The notes under the pieces are model-generated. The model was not told the origin of the DNA and made no database searches. It saw only the letters and a program-made list of their open reading frames with translations. From positions 11,829 to 75,828 of IMG/VR virus record IMGVR_UViG_3300042898_000786: a DNA stretch of 64,000 nucleotides; one strand, 5' to 3'. The first letter of the stretch is position 1; each line of letters begins with the position of its first letter. The translations under genes were made by a program, and so were the position numbers. Positions 10,553 through 21,755 of the stretch are shown one piece after another. Origin of the DNA: a virus.

Positions 10553-11775
10553 TGGCCCAGACAATTTACGCTCCAATTCAAACTGGTAGTTTATCAGAGA
10601 TTGCAGCAGCTCCCTTTAGAGAGCGCGAACGTCAAGTAATGACCCGTATCGCTAACGCGGAGAAGGCTACAGACCAGACTGGTATTTATGACGTTAGTAC
10701 TTCTGGATTAGCGCCTAATATGCAGGCTGTAGCTCAACCTTGGATTGAGTCTATTAAAAAGAATATGACGGAAGGTTTTTACGCTAACGATAATCAGCGC
10801 GTTAACGAAGCCCGTCGGCAAGCTCAAGAGCTAAAGTCTTTTGTTGAGTCTGGTAAGCTTTCTACCAAATCTGCTAATGAATCTGCTCTATATGGAGAAA
10901 AGAATATGTGGAGGGGTCTTAGCGTAGACGAAAAGACCGGCAAACAGCTATACTCTGACTACACTCAGAAACCCTTTAATACGCAATACGATGCTAACGG
11001 GTATCCACTTGTGGTTAAGGACGATGGAAGCTTAAGCTCTCCGCTCGGTATATCTAACCTAAGTCCTCAGAATTATTTAATTTTTACCCAGGAGATTGAC
11101 TGGGGTAAAAACATTGACCCAAAGGCATACGTAAATAACTACAATGACTTTATAGTTAATGCTAAAAGCGAAAAGGATGCTATTGCCATTATTACAAAGC
11201 AGTACAATGAGGATAAAAAGCTTGGTCGAGTCAAACCCGATGATATTGGTGTTTCTTATTTGCTAAATAAGGACTACCTCGGAATCCGCCCTGAAGAAAT
11301 CGGGCAGTCTAAAATTATTGAAGAGAAAGATATTGTTGTTAATGACAAAGAGTTATTCGCCGAAGCTGATAATTATTACTTAAACAATGCTATTAATGCC
11401 GGTCTGGTTAACTACCGTTCAGCGCAAGCCGCTGCTGCTAAGCGTGTGACTCCAGCGACTCCGAAAGCTCCTAAGTTTGAGCAACGTACTACTAACCTTG
11501 ATTTAGGTGATGGTAAGTCATCAAGCGCTACTCAATATACACTCACTGCACCCCTTAAGATTGGAGCTAAGACATTCTATAATTTCTATCAGACTCCAGA
11601 TGGTATTTGGTACGGGTTCACTGCTACGAATAAGCGCAAGGGCTCACAGACGTTTGTAGAGGAGGAACTTTTAAAGTTAGACTCCAAGCAATCTGACTAC
11701 GTTGTAGGGCAGCTAGGACTTAAAGGCTCCGGTGAAATTACTAATCGAGCTACACGCGCCGCTGGTCGTATGTAA
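10552..11775 (+). CDS. Putative internal virion/ejection protein
   Basis: 407-aa ORF between the ejection-like gene and the giant protein. Confidence 0.5.
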   Translation: MAQTIYAPIQTGSLSEIAAAPFRERERQVMTRIANAEKATDQTGIYDVSTSGLAPNMQAVAQPWIESIKKNMTEGFYANDNQRVNEARRQAQELKSFVESGKLSTKSANESALYGEKNMWRGLSVDEKTGKQLYSDYTQKPFNTQYDANGYPLVVKDDGSLSSPLGISNLSPQNYLIFTQEIDWGKNIDPKAYVNNYNDFIVNAKSEKDAIAIITKQYNEDKKLGRVKPDDIGVSYLLNKDYLGIRPEEIGQSKIIEEKDIVVNDKELFAEADNYYLNNAINAGLVNYRSAQAAAAKRVTPATPKAPKFEQRTTNLDLGDGKSSSATQYTLTAPLKIGAKTFYNFYQTPDGIWYGFTATNKRKGSQTFVEEELLKLDSKQSDYVVGQLGLKGSGEITNRATRAAGRM

Positions 11776-11783
11776 GGTTTCCT

Positions 11784-11791
11784 TATATTTG
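11784..11791 (+). promoter_or_regulatory. Bacteroidota -7 promoter element (TATATTTG)
   Basis: TAnnTTTG upstream of the giant ORF. Confidence 0.6.
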
Positions 11792-11807
11792 CGGTTGTAA
11801 AGCTACA

Positions 11808-14800
11808 ATGATGAATGAAGAACTAGACGGACTAGTATCTCTTGGAATTGAGCGAGGTAGGGATTTTCTCTATATCTCGAACATATTAAAAGAAGAAGGC
11901 TATTCTGAAGCTGATATTAAATCAGCAGAACAGTTTTATAATCAAAAAAAAAAATCCCAATCGGACTCTACATCCGCTTCGAAGCCAGCGATGGATTCTG
12001 GGGCTTCGGGATTGGGCGGTCCTCGCGTTGGAAAGTCAGGATTGGTTTCTGGCTTTTCAGAAGCATTTAAGGAAGTACAAGGTCAGCAAGTAGCTGTTCA
12101 GCAGGCTTCGGTAGTAGCCAACGAAAGAGAGGCACTAGGTGCTATTCAATTTGGCCTTACCGGTAAAGCTCCTCTTTCCTACCAACAGGAGAAACTTCTC
12201 GTTGCCGACAAAGAGAAAATTAGTTCTGAGTTTGAAGCTCAAAAGAGTCAATCTGCAAAGATATTCTTAGCTAATAAAGAAGCTGGTAACGACCCATATC
12301 AAGACCCGGAGTTTCAGGCTGCTAAGCAGAAAGAGAATGAATTTGTTGAGCGTGGAGCGAATGTAAATCGTCAGCTTCACCCAGAGTTACCTGAGGACGC
12401 GTTCGTGGCTTACAACGACCGTGGTGAGGCCAGAGAGACTCCTTTGTCTGAGACTAAGTACTTACAGTCAGCTATTAAAGTTATCCCCGGATTACAGCAA
12501 GATATAGACTTTGCTCGCATACAAGAGCGTAAGCAAGCTGAAGACGCAGTAGAAGCTGAAGAATTTCGTAAGTCTTACGAGTTTGGAAATATTCCAGTTA
12601 TAAGTAAAGCTGCTAATTTAGGAATTGCCGTGGCGTCAGGACTCACGGATATGGTGGCTAATGTCGCTGCATTTATTACAGAGCCCTTTGCTGGGACTAC
12701 TGATGAGTACGAAGGTATTATACCAGAGGTAGCTCAAAGCATATACGAAAGTGCTAAGTTTACCTCTAGTGCTATGCGACAGCAGCGTGGCGTTAACCTA
12801 GAGAACTACGGACTTACAGCTTCACAGCAGGAAAAGGACCCTTTCTCCCTTTGGGCTGAAGGAGATATTGAGGGCGGAAGCAAGTCTTTAGCTGTTATGG
12901 TTGCTGACGCTGCTTTGTTTAGCCGCGCAATTGGCGCACTATATGGAGTTGGAGGCACCGCCGCAAGAACACAAGTAGGCCAAGCAGTTTTGTCGACAGG
13001 TAAGGAAGGCGCTCAAGGTGTTGTGAATAACCTATCTCGCAACGTAGCAACTAATGTAGCTGATAGTCCTGCTATGTTTGGCGCTATGGCTACACTATCC
13101 GCTCAGCAGTCTTGGGACGCTGTTAAAGGCCGTGATGACCTTACTCTTTCTGAGAAGTTGTTTTATCAGTCTGTTGGGATTGCAGCAAATACCCTCACTG
13201 AAGCTCTTAACGTAGACGACCTACGGCTTGTAACAAAGGGACTTCCTTCTGCCCAGCGAGAAATAGCTCTTAAATCGTTCCGTGGTACTGTTAAAAGCTA
13301 CTTTGATGATGTAGCTAAGGTTGGTACGCCAGAGGCATTTGAAGAGACTTTAAACTTCTACGCTGATGCTTTTGCTAAGTATGTGATTGACGGAGAGTTA
13401 CCAACTATTACTGACCCGTTGTCTAGCATTGCTGTAGGCTTCCTAGCGCCATCACTTAATGTTACGGCCACCTATGCTCCTGCTATGATTGAAACAGCCC
13501 TCGCTACCACTCCGTGGAAGATGGCTAAGACCAAGGAGTTTGAACGCAATCGTAAGCTTGCTGACGAACGCGGCCGAATTGTAGAGGCTCTTGCTAATGA
13601 GAACCTACCGCAAAACGAAAAGAAAATACTTCAAAAAGCTCTTAACAATATTGAGACAGCTATTGAAGACCAAGAGCGCAAGGACTTTGAGTTCTATTCC
13701 GGTATGCAGTATGCTGATGCTAATGAGATTCTAAACATCCACGGACAGATTGGAACAAAAGTACAGCAGTATAAAAAGACACGCTCTAAAGAGCTACGTA
13801 CTGTTCTTGAGGCTGAGATTCGTGGACTTTATGGACGTAAAGTAGAAATAGAGAATAATTATGATAGTACGCAAAAATCAGGGATATCAAGTTCTGTCTT
13901 CCAAGGGCAAGCCACTGAGCAAGCCAAGCCTGAGCAAGGGGCAAGCCAAGAAACGATTGAAGCAAGTGGAGTTCTTCAAGTATCTACAGAAGAAGGCCCA
14001 GAAGTAACAGCAGAGCAGGAGACAACACGCCAAGAAGCATCTAAGGGCGCGTCAGAGGAGTTTGCTGTAGGGGCTGTTACTCCGGGTAAAGTAATTACAG
14101 AGGGATTAGCCCGTGTAATGAACAACATATTTAATGCGACTAAAGCTATTGTTCGTGGCGGCAAGGTGCAGTTCCACTATAGCCAAGAGTCTATTGCTGA
14201 TGCTAACGAGGTTACTCGTTCTCAGAAGGCCAAAAACCCAAAGATTTTCTTTGACGGATTTTACGACCGCACTAACAAAGTCTTTCACGTATATATCCCA
14301 ACTGCTGCCGACAGCGCTAAGGTTGTTAAGCAAGAGGATGGTAAGTACGCTCTTGTAGACCCAAAGTTCGCAGGTCAGGTAATCAAGACATACGACGACC
14401 GCACTACAGCATTCCAAGCCAAGCAGAAGTACGACGAGAACTACATTAAGTTCGCCACTAGTAAGGCGCGTCACGAAGCTATCCACCCAGTCATTGATGC
14501 TCTTATTCTTGAGGATAAGCCTATCCTTGATGAGAGCGGTAATCAAGTTGTAAATAACGCTGGCGAAAAGCAGTTTATCCCTAATAGCTTCCGTCAGTTC
14601 CTGTACGATAACATAGTAAGCCTGTACAGCTCTTCTCCTGACGCTCAGCGCATCTTCGATAACTTCCTGGACCCTTACATACAAAGTGGCGCTACGAGCG
14701 CTACAATGCAGCGTGAGGCAATCACGGAGTTCTTAGCTGCTATGGCAGACGAGAAGAAGTTTAAGCAGCTCGACAGAGGATTTGTGCAGAAAGTTAAAGA

Positions 14801-17800
14801 CATCGTCAATGAGTTATTAGTTCGTGCCGGTATACGTGACATCAGCATATCAACGGATGACGATTTGTATACTGTGGCTCGTGCGTTTAAGACCGCTATG
14901 GCCCTTGGCGTAGAGGTAAAGGTTCAGAAGGGCGGCTGGAAGAACTATACTCCAGTTGGGGAGGTATTCTCTGTGGGTATGTTAGATGGTCTTAAGGCTT
15001 CTAGTCTTACCGACAAACGTCTAAGAAGCATTATTACCGCTGGTAAGTTTGGTATGCTCACCGGGCAGAATCCCCGTGGTACCAAGTTTCCAGAGGAAGT
15101 TCGTGAGAAGTTTAACCGAGAAGCAGAAGCTTGGCTTAAATCTCGTGGGTACGAAGCCATTCCTATCCTTGGTAAGTTTGAAGGCATTGCAGAGAACAGT
15201 TTCCTAGTCCCTAACCTCACTTCTGACGATGCTCTTTTGTTTTCTCGTGAATTTAACCAAGAGGCTGTTGCACATAACTCTGGATTCATTCACTTCGATG
15301 GTTCATTTGAGCCGCGTAGGCCAGACAACAACGTATTCGGGGTAAAGTACGAAGACAAAGACACCGACTACTTCTCAGCCTTGCGAACTAAGGATGGCAA
15401 ACTAACAGCATTTAAGGTAGACTACAACTGGGATGTGCGTCTTAACTACCGCGCCTTAGAGGATGGCCTTACTAACCAAATTGACTTCTCTATCTCTATC
15501 CCAGAAGGTCAGACATACGCTGAGTTCTTCGACTCTATCGGTGACCAGTCAATGCGAGCTCAGGCTACAATGCTTCAACTACTCGCTGAGAAGGTCGGAT
15601 ACAGCAAGCCTATTCTATTCTCTACAAAAGGGACTACTTCTTTTGACGCAACAAAGGATTACACCATCTTTAACGTAGCGGAAGACCGTGAGCTTAACGA
15701 GTCTTTCGGTTACTTCGCTAACGCACTATCTACTATTATCTCTAAGGAGAATATGGGGCTTTACCGCTCGCTACTTGATGAGACTAAGAAAAACTTCCCA
15801 GAGCTCGTAGAGTCTAAGAAGAAAGAAGTTAAAGAAAAGTTTAATAACTACGATTTTGCCCCCGACCCACAGGCTAGTGCCGAGGCAGCCAGCGGCGACA
15901 GTTTTGTCGAGCGTTTAGCCATCAAGGCTGCACTTGACGAGAAAATGGTTGAATTCTTTAAAACCAACGAAACAGACTTCGAGGCTCTTCGCAAGAACTG
16001 GGAGACCAACAAGAAACTAATTGGTGAAGCCATCAACGTAGACATCACGGACATCGTCCCGAATATGAAGATTGACGGCGTGATGGAAATACTTGCTAGT
16101 CCGACTCGCGATATCTATGCCGCAACTGAAGTTGCTACTCGGCTAAAAAGAACGGCTCTCGGCGGCGGCGAATCCCTAACTGTAGATGAAGCTCGGTTGT
16201 CGATTCAGGAACTACAGAATGTTGCCGCAGTCGTTGGTCAGGATGCTGTTGTGGGACTCAATGGATTTGTAGCCAGCAAAGACTTGGTAGATGGCTTAGC
16301 TTTAATCTTAGTCGAGGTTGGTAAAACAAAAGACGGCACCTCTACTTTTAAGTTCAGTGAGAGCCCCGACTCTGCCACAAAGGGTGACGAGCTTCGTCAA
16401 AGACTAAGGAATATTGATTATGATGAGCTCTACGACTTGGCTCGTGGTTTCTGGATTGGCGCCTCGATGTCAAATCCAGAATTTGTCAGAGAATATCAGA
16501 ACTCTAATTTTGACGCTGAAATAGAAAAATTAAAAAGCTTTCTTGAAGAAACAGTTAATAATCTTAAAGATGTTGCCGCGAATACCCTTAGGGGGTCCAA
16601 TATAAGGAAAGCACTGGAGGTGATAGATGAATACAATAGTAGAATATTGACCGAAATAGAAAGTTCTCTCGGTAGGGCGTTTAACCCTTTTTCAAGCTAT
16701 GAGATTCTATACAATTCATACAACGACATCGCCTATGACGCTAAAGATTTTTTTGAGGCGGAGTTTAACAGACGTATAAACGACCCACGTCGTTTAATGA
16801 ATATGTCAATCAGGGGCGCAATAATAGAGATTAGCGAACTAGATACGTTTACTATTGAAGATGCGAAGGCTTACATAGCTTCAGAGCTATCAAATTCTGC
16901 GAATAATTTTGGTAAAATGAATACATCGGATGCAGTGTACGCAGATATTGATGGTTATTCAGTAGGCGGGGCAATGTATACCTTAAGTCCTGACGCAAAT
17001 TATTACAGATTGCGGGATTTTATTGGAAACGATAATCTTAGCTCTGTTGTATCTGACTATGGTCCGTTTAGTTACCGCCTAGGTGACGTTATAGGAGAAG
17101 CTAATTCTGCTATATCCCGAAGAACCGCCGAAGCTTCAAAGACAACACGATACAAGTTACCAGAGGCGGATGACTTCACCTCCGCTAGAATAGAAGTATT
17201 CATTCCTAAGCTTAACGATACATATGTGGTTACTGGTACTTACTATGATGGTGATGTTGGCGTAGCGTTTAGCTCTACAACTACAGGATATGACCTTAAA
17301 GACCCAGGGGCGGCTTTATCTGTTATGCCGGAAGTTATCAAGGCTATTAGCCGTATGTTCCCAGAGCGCGACGTTAAATCGATTTCATTCAGCCCTATTG
17401 ATGCCACCAGTAACAAACGTCAAGGTGGCGAGCTTCGTCGTGGTGTTTACCGTATGTTCGCTCAGCGCCTGTTCGGTAATTACTTCCCAGTAGGGTTAAC
17501 ATCAGATGATGAGAACGTCATTCCAATTCCTTACGCGTTCCGAAGCACTGAAAATACTAAGCCGGTGTACGAGGATATGGCGAACAAGCAAATCAACCGA
17601 CCTAGGGACATTGACTTCGCTATCTCTAACTTTGAGAACATCCCACAAGAAGTTACTCAGGGTCTAAATGCCATTAGCAATGCTGTTGCGTTCGCTTCAC
17701 AATCATCATTCGCAAATAAGCTATTGTTCAAGGATGAGCTTCAGAATCGATTTAAGTCTTACGAGAAAGAGCTTAAGAAGAAGTACGGTATCAAATCGTT

Positions 17801-20800
17801 CAAAGTTGGGGGCAAAAAGAAGTTTGTTGATGCTGGCCTGAAGAACTACTTGGTTGACGCTTACGTATACGAGACACTCGTAGCGATACAGGCATACCCA
17901 GATGCTCTAGGATGGTACGACTACAAGACACGTGCTGCTATGGCAATTATGAGCTTGATTCACCCCGAGCTAAATACTGACCCAATGGCGGCTGTCGCAT
18001 TTAAGATTGCTGTAGCTGTTACGTCGAACGGAAATAAGGTATTTGATAACTTCAAAGAAGCCGACCGTCAGTACGAGTACTTTAAGAAGAATGGTAATTT
18101 CGATGGCGAAAAGAGCATTGGAACTCAGAGTGCTGGAATCAAGTCTACTCTTAAGCTTGTAAACAACGTACTTGACCGTATGACGATGGAGGAGTTTAAC
18201 AGCTTCCTCACGTCTAAGTTTCGTGCTGGCGACTTGAAGTACGTCAGCAAAGGAAAGAGTAAAACATTACTTAGCGGATTTAACGTAAACACCGAGGTAT
18301 ACGGAGCCTCTATCTTCGGTCCTAAGATTGGGAACGGTTTCTTTATGAATCTTAACGGCCAGTTTGACCAGCTCACAATGGACCGATGGTTTATGCGTCA
18401 GTACGGTCGTCTTACCGGAACTCTTATTGAGCGTGATGCTAATAAGATTGCAAGCGGTAAAGTTCGTCTTAAGGGTGCGGTTACCGCTCTAAGTTCTAAA
18501 GAGAAGTCTATCCTTACTAAGGTTATACCGGGCTTCGCTAAAATGAGCGTAGACGAAAGAGCTACTGCGATTAATAAGGTTTCAATAGTAAAGGAGAAGC
18601 GTGATATGCTTTCATCAACCGATGCTTTGAATGAGCTTCGGAAGGCCGGAAACAACCTAGCTAAAAATCTGTCTGGTGAAGTCGAAGCACCGAATGGCGG
18701 AACTCAGCGTGACTTTATCATCGACGTCTTCAACGTGGCGCAGAAGGAGCTCAAGGAGAAGTACGGAATTGATATCACGATTGCCGACCTGCAAGCTGTA
18801 AACTGGTATCCAGAGAAGGCTTTATATCAGACGTTCCAAGATGGGCGTGACGAAGAAGATGGCTCAGTGGAGACTAGCGACAACGAACAGCCCGACTATG
18901 AAAGTGCTGCCGTTAAGTTGGCTCAAGAGCGTGGAGTAACTAATCAACAAATAGAAAATGCAAGAGCAAGAACAAATAGTGGAGAACGTGCTGCTGAATC
19001 TAACGGACTCCGAGCTGAACTCATTGGCGGAGACAGTGTCAAAGCTAGTGCCGAAGAAATCCGTCGTAAAATCCTCAGCGTCAAAGCTGGGCAACAAGAG
19101 CCTGTAGACTTATCTATAAGCGTTCAACCTCCTAAGTTCGAGATTGAAGGCAAGACGATTCGTGGCTTTGCTGAGCGTATGGCTGATTCTAATATTCAGT
19201 TGTACTCAGATATCATTGAGAACCCAGAGAACTATTACACACCACAGACTCTAGAAGAGATTCAGTCTCAGCTTGTGATTATGACTATTCCTGAGCTTCT
19301 AGATAAGATGACTACCGATAAGGTTACCGCCCTTAGTGGAAGCATAAAGGTTGATTTGGCTGACGAAGATAACATATCAGTACTTTTAGGTGCTGAGCTT
19401 ATTAAGAGGTATTCTGCTGAAGGAGATGACGTTAAGCTTCTGGAGATGATTGAGCGTATGTCTAAGATGGGAACTACCGTCGGACGTATGTTACGTCACT
19501 TTGGAGAGATTAAAAATGCTACACATATTGGAATCGTACAGACTGTGGTGGCTATGGCTCAACGTGCAGGAAGGCGTCTTACCGACACTCAAATAACGAA
19601 GCTAAACACTTTAGCCCAAGAGTTATTTGCTTTGCAGGTAGAGGGTAAAGATATGATGTCAGAAGCCCTTAGGGCTCCGAGGCCTGCGCTTGACAAGGCA
19701 ATCAAAGAGAAAGAGACGCAGTTGAAAATAGCTACAAAAAGGCTTGATGACTTTATCTCAACAGCAGTACCAAAGAGCGCTCAAGATATATTCGGAGGTC
19801 TAATCAAAGGAAACCTTCTTACTCCTGTTTCTCAAGTAGTTAACGTATTTGCCAACCTAGCTAATGTGTTTACACGTCAGTTTTTAGTAAATCCTCCAGC
19901 TGTTCTTATTGATGCTGTCCGGGCTTTTGCATCCGGTAAGCCTCGAGAGATTACCCCTAGTGTAGCTGCATTTTTCTTTGGAGTAAAGCGTGCTGCCTTT
20001 GTGGGGATACCGGAAGCCGTAGAGTATATTTTTAAAGGAACACGCCCAACTGAGGAGACGTTCCAATATGAATCTCGGCAAGGGTTTCTACCGATTCAAG
20101 CTATGATTGCGGCACTAAGCGACACTAAGGTTGCAGATGCTATCAATAAGGCTGCTGGTAAAGAGGTAATTAAATCAGACCAACTTGCCCGTCTTGAAGA
20201 TGGTAGCATATCATTCTCCGATAGGTTAAAGAAGATTACTGAGGCTACATTCGGAATTGCTCCTGAAGTTATGTTCCGACTACTTACTCTTGGTGACCGG
20301 CCATTCGCACGTTTCCAAGAAGGCATTGAGATATATCGTCGCGGTAAAAAGCTTGGCCTGCGTGGCGAAGCGCTTGACAACTTCATAAAGCATCCAGACC
20401 CTGCTACTATCAAAGCTGGTAGAGAGGCTGGTCGTGAGATTACTTATCAGGCTGACACATCATTCTCTACTACTGTACAGAAAATACTAAATACAATAGG
20501 AAATACTAAGCTCGGTAATTTCTTGGTGACGATTATCGTACCGTACTCAAAGACTCCTTCTAACATTATCTATGACACCCTTAACTACGTAGCTCCCCCG
20601 GTAGCTATTTTCCGGGCCGTGAAGGCCGCTAAGGACCGTCGCTTCGACCAGTTTGCCACGTTGCTAGGTAAGTCTTTTGTAGGTTTTACCCTATACGCTT
20701 TTGCTGATTTCTTAGTCAAGAACGGCTTAGCTACTGCTGGGGTTGGAGACGACGAGAAGAAAGAAAAGGAGATGTTCTATAGCTTGTTCCCTTATAACAG

Positions 20801-21755
20801 TATCAACCTAAGTGGATTACGCAGGTATATTAACGGAGAGGGTACTGATTTACGTGATGACGACGTTTTCATAGACTACTCTAAAGCTGGACCTATAGGT
20901 GCTATTATTGGAGCACGTGCAGCCTACTGGTCTAACAAGGATGCGAAGCCAGTAACTATTGCCAACGAGGCGGAGAACTACGGTGCTATCGCTACAATGT
21001 ACTTAAGCGAGACGATAGGAACTACGATGTCTTCGTTTCAATTTATGGCTCAACAATCATTTTTGGCTAATACAAATCAAATCCTAGAGCTGTTGACCAC
21101 CAAGGGAGACATTGAGCCTGACTACATCCTTAATAGTTTGTTCAAGACAACCAGTGCTGCTATTCTTCCGAATACCTTGACTGCTCTTAACAGGGCTACC
21201 CGCACGAAGCTTCCAGACTTGTACGACAAGAACAGCCTATATAATAGTTTGACAAACGTCATTAAAGACCGTACATTCAATACTGATGGCATCCCGGCAA
21301 AGTTTAATATCTGGGGTGATGCTGTAGACCAAACGCCAGTAGGTGCAGACCCAGTATTCTATAACTTGTTTGACCCGATTCGATATCAGAAGCGTCAGTA
21401 CAGGCCCGAGCAACTTGAGGTGTTCCGTCTTTACGAAGACCTAGGGCAAGACACCAAGGTGATACCCACTATACCTCGTGAGCTTATGTCGCGCAAGTTC
21501 AAGGATACGGAGACTGAAATTGAGTATACGTTTACAAACGAAGAGGTCAACGCTATGATGGAAAAGCTCGGTAAAGAACGGTCAAAGGCTATGGCTGAGC
21601 TCATCAAAGAAGACTGGTATAAGAGCTACAATGACGAAGATAAGGCTTACGAATTGGAGTACCTTTACAAAGATATTTCTAAGAACGGAGAATGGAAGCA
21701 AATGCTCTACAACTTTATGGAAACAGCAAAACAAGAAAACAGAATCAAAGAATGA
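11808..21755 (+). CDS. Giant polyvalent ejected protein (zincin HExxH peptidase, DUF3293-like, HhH glycosylase-like modules)
   Basis: 3315 aa; HEAIH at 14472-14486; MLTGQNP...ENSFLV...FNQEAV segment; WYD...AVTSNG...GPKIG.FFMNL.G..LTMDRW segment; no RNAP NADFDGD-type motif seen. Confidence 0.65.
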   Translation: MMNEELDGLVSLGIERGRDFLYISNILKEEGYSEADIKSAEQFYNQKKKSQSDSTSASKPAMDSGASGLGGPRVGKSGLVSGFSEAFKEVQGQQVAVQQASVVANEREALGAIQFGLTGKAPLSYQQEKLLVADKEKISSEFEAQKSQSAKIFLANKEAGNDPYQDPEFQAAKQKENEFVERGANVNRQLHPELPEDAFVAYNDRGEARETPLSETKYLQSAIKVIPGLQQDIDFARIQERKQAEDAVEAEEFRKSYEFGNIPVISKAANLGIAVASGLTDMVANVAAFITEPFAGTTDEYEGIIPEVAQSIYESAKFTSSAMRQQRGVNLENYGLTASQQEKDPFSLWAEGDIEGGSKSLAVMVADAALFSRAIGALYGVGGTAARTQVGQAVLSTGKEGAQGVVNNLSRNVATNVADSPAMFGAMATLSAQQSWDAVKGRDDLTLSEKLFYQSVGIAANTLTEALNVDDLRLVTKGLPSAQREIALKSFRGTVKSYFDDVAKVGTPEAFEETLNFYADAFAKYVIDGELPTITDPLSSIAVGFLAPSLNVTATYAPAMIETALATTPWKMAKTKEFERNRKLADERGRIVEALANENLPQNEKKILQKALNNIETAIEDQERKDFEFYSGMQYADANEILNIHGQIGTKVQQYKKTRSKELRTVLEAEIRGLYGRKVEIENNYDSTQKSGISSSVFQGQATEQAKPEQGASQETIEASGVLQVSTEEGPEVTAEQETTRQEASKGASEEFAVGAVTPGKVITEGLARVMNNIFNATKAIVRGGKVQFHYSQESIADANEVTRSQKAKNPKIFFDGFYDRTNKVFHVYIPTAADSAKVVKQEDGKYALVDPKFAGQVIKTYDDRTTAFQAKQKYDENYIKFATSKARHEAIHPVIDALILEDKPILDESGNQVVNNAGEKQFIPNSFRQFLYDNIVSLYSSSPDAQRIFDNFLDPYIQSGATSATMQREAITEFLAAMADEKKFKQLDRGFVQKVKDIVNELLVRAGIRDISISTDDDLYTVARAFKTAMALGVEVKVQKGGWKNYTPVGEVFSVGMLDGLKASSLTDKRLRSIITAGKFGMLTGQNPRGTKFPEEVREKFNREAEAWLKSRGYEAIPILGKFEGIAENSFLVPNLTSDDALLFSREFNQEAVAHNSGFIHFDGSFEPRRPDNNVFGVKYEDKDTDYFSALRTKDGKLTAFKVDYNWDVRLNYRALEDGLTNQIDFSISIPEGQTYAEFFDSIGDQSMRAQATMLQLLAEKVGYSKPILFSTKGTTSFDATKDYTIFNVAEDRELNESFGYFANALSTIISKENMGLYRSLLDETKKNFPELVESKKKEVKEKFNNYDFAPDPQASAEAASGDSFVERLAIKAALDEKMVEFFKTNETDFEALRKNWETNKKLIGEAINVDITDIVPNMKIDGVMEILASPTRDIYAATEVATRLKRTALGGGESLTVDEARLSIQELQNVAAVVGQDAVVGLNGFVASKDLVDGLALILVEVGKTKDGTSTFKFSESPDSATKGDELRQRLRNIDYDELYDLARGFWIGASMSNPEFVREYQNSNFDAEIEKLKSFLEETVNNLKDVAANTLRGSNIRKALEVIDEYNSRILTEIESSLGRAFNPFSSYEILYNSYNDIAYDAKDFFEAEFNRRINDPRRLMNMSIRGAIIEISELDTFTIEDAKAYIASELSNSANNFGKMNTSDAVYADIDGYSVGGAMYTLSPDANYYRLRDFIGNDNLSSVVSDYGPFSYRLGDVIGEANSAISRRTAEASKTTRYKLPEADDFTSARIEVFIPKLNDTYVVTGTYYDGDVGVAFSSTTTGYDLKDPGAALSVMPEVIKAISRMFPERDVKSISFSPIDATSNKRQGGELRRGVYRMFAQRLFGNYFPVGLTSDDENVIPIPYAFRSTENTKPVYEDMANKQINRPRDIDFAISNFENIPQEVTQGLNAISNAVAFASQSSFANKLLFKDELQNRFKSYEKELKKKYGIKSFKVGGKKKFVDAGLKNYLVDAYVYETLVAIQAYPDALGWYDYKTRAAMAIMSLIHPELNTDPMAAVAFKIAVAVTSNGNKVFDNFKEADRQYEYFKKNGNFDGEKSIGTQSAGIKSTLKLVNNVLDRMTMEEFNSFLTSKFRAGDLKYVSKGKSKTLLSGFNVNTEVYGASIFGPKIGNGFFMNLNGQFDQLTMDRWFMRQYGRLTGTLIERDANKIASGKVRLKGAVTALSSKEKSILTKVIPGFAKMSVDERATAINKVSIVKEKRDMLSSTDALNELRKAGNNLAKNLSGEVEAPNGGTQRDFIIDVFNVAQKELKEKYGIDITIADLQAVNWYPEKALYQTFQDGRDEEDGSVETSDNEQPDYESAAVKLAQERGVTNQQIENARARTNSGERAAESNGLRAELIGGDSVKASAEEIRRKILSVKAGQQEPVDLSISVQPPKFEIEGKTIRGFAERMADSNIQLYSDIIENPENYYTPQTLEEIQSQLVIMTIPELLDKMTTDKVTALSGSIKVDLADEDNISVLLGAELIKRYSAEGDDVKLLEMIERMSKMGTTVGRMLRHFGEIKNATHIGIVQTVVAMAQRAGRRLTDTQITKLNTLAQELFALQVEGKDMMSEALRAPRPALDKAIKEKETQLKIATKRLDDFISTAVPKSAQDIFGGLIKGNLLTPVSQVVNVFANLANVFTRQFLVNPPAVLIDAVRAFASGKPREITPSVAAFFFGVKRAAFVGIPEAVEYIFKGTRPTEETFQYESRQGFLPIQAMIAALSDTKVADAINKAAGKEVIKSDQLARLEDGSISFSDRLKKITEATFGIAPEVMFRLLTLGDRPFARFQEGIEIYRRGKKLGLRGEALDNFIKHPDPATIKAGREAGREITYQADTSFSTTVQKILNTIGNTKLGNFLVTIIVPYSKTPSNIIYDTLNYVAPPVAIFRAVKAAKDRRFDQFATLLGKSFVGFTLYAFADFLVKNGLATAGVGDDEKKEKEMFYSLFPYNSINLSGLRRYINGEGTDLRDDDVFIDYSKAGPIGAIIGARAAYWSNKDAKPVTIANEAENYGAIATMYLSETIGTTMSSFQFMAQQSFLANTNQILELLTTKGDIEPDYILNSLFKTTSAAILPNTLTALNRATRTKLPDLYDKNSLYNSLTNVIKDRTFNTDGIPAKFNIWGDAVDQTPVGADPVFYNLFDPIRYQKRQYRPEQLEVFRLYEDLGQDTKVIPTIPRELMSRKFKDTETEIEYTFTNEEVNAMMEKLGKERSKAMAELIKEDWYKSYNDEDKAYELEYLYKDISKNGEWKQMLYNFMETAKQENRIKE

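Noticed and set aside
11945-11955. Poly-A run as a phase-variation or frameshift site in the giant gene
   Set aside because: The frame is open through it (QKKKS) and there is no evidence of an alternative product; only read-level length variation could revive it.
11808-21755. Virion RNA polymerase as in crAss-like phages
   Set aside because: No DxDGD/DFDID catalytic motif in context was found; recognisable parts are polyvalent-protein modules. A structure search is needed to exclude it fully.
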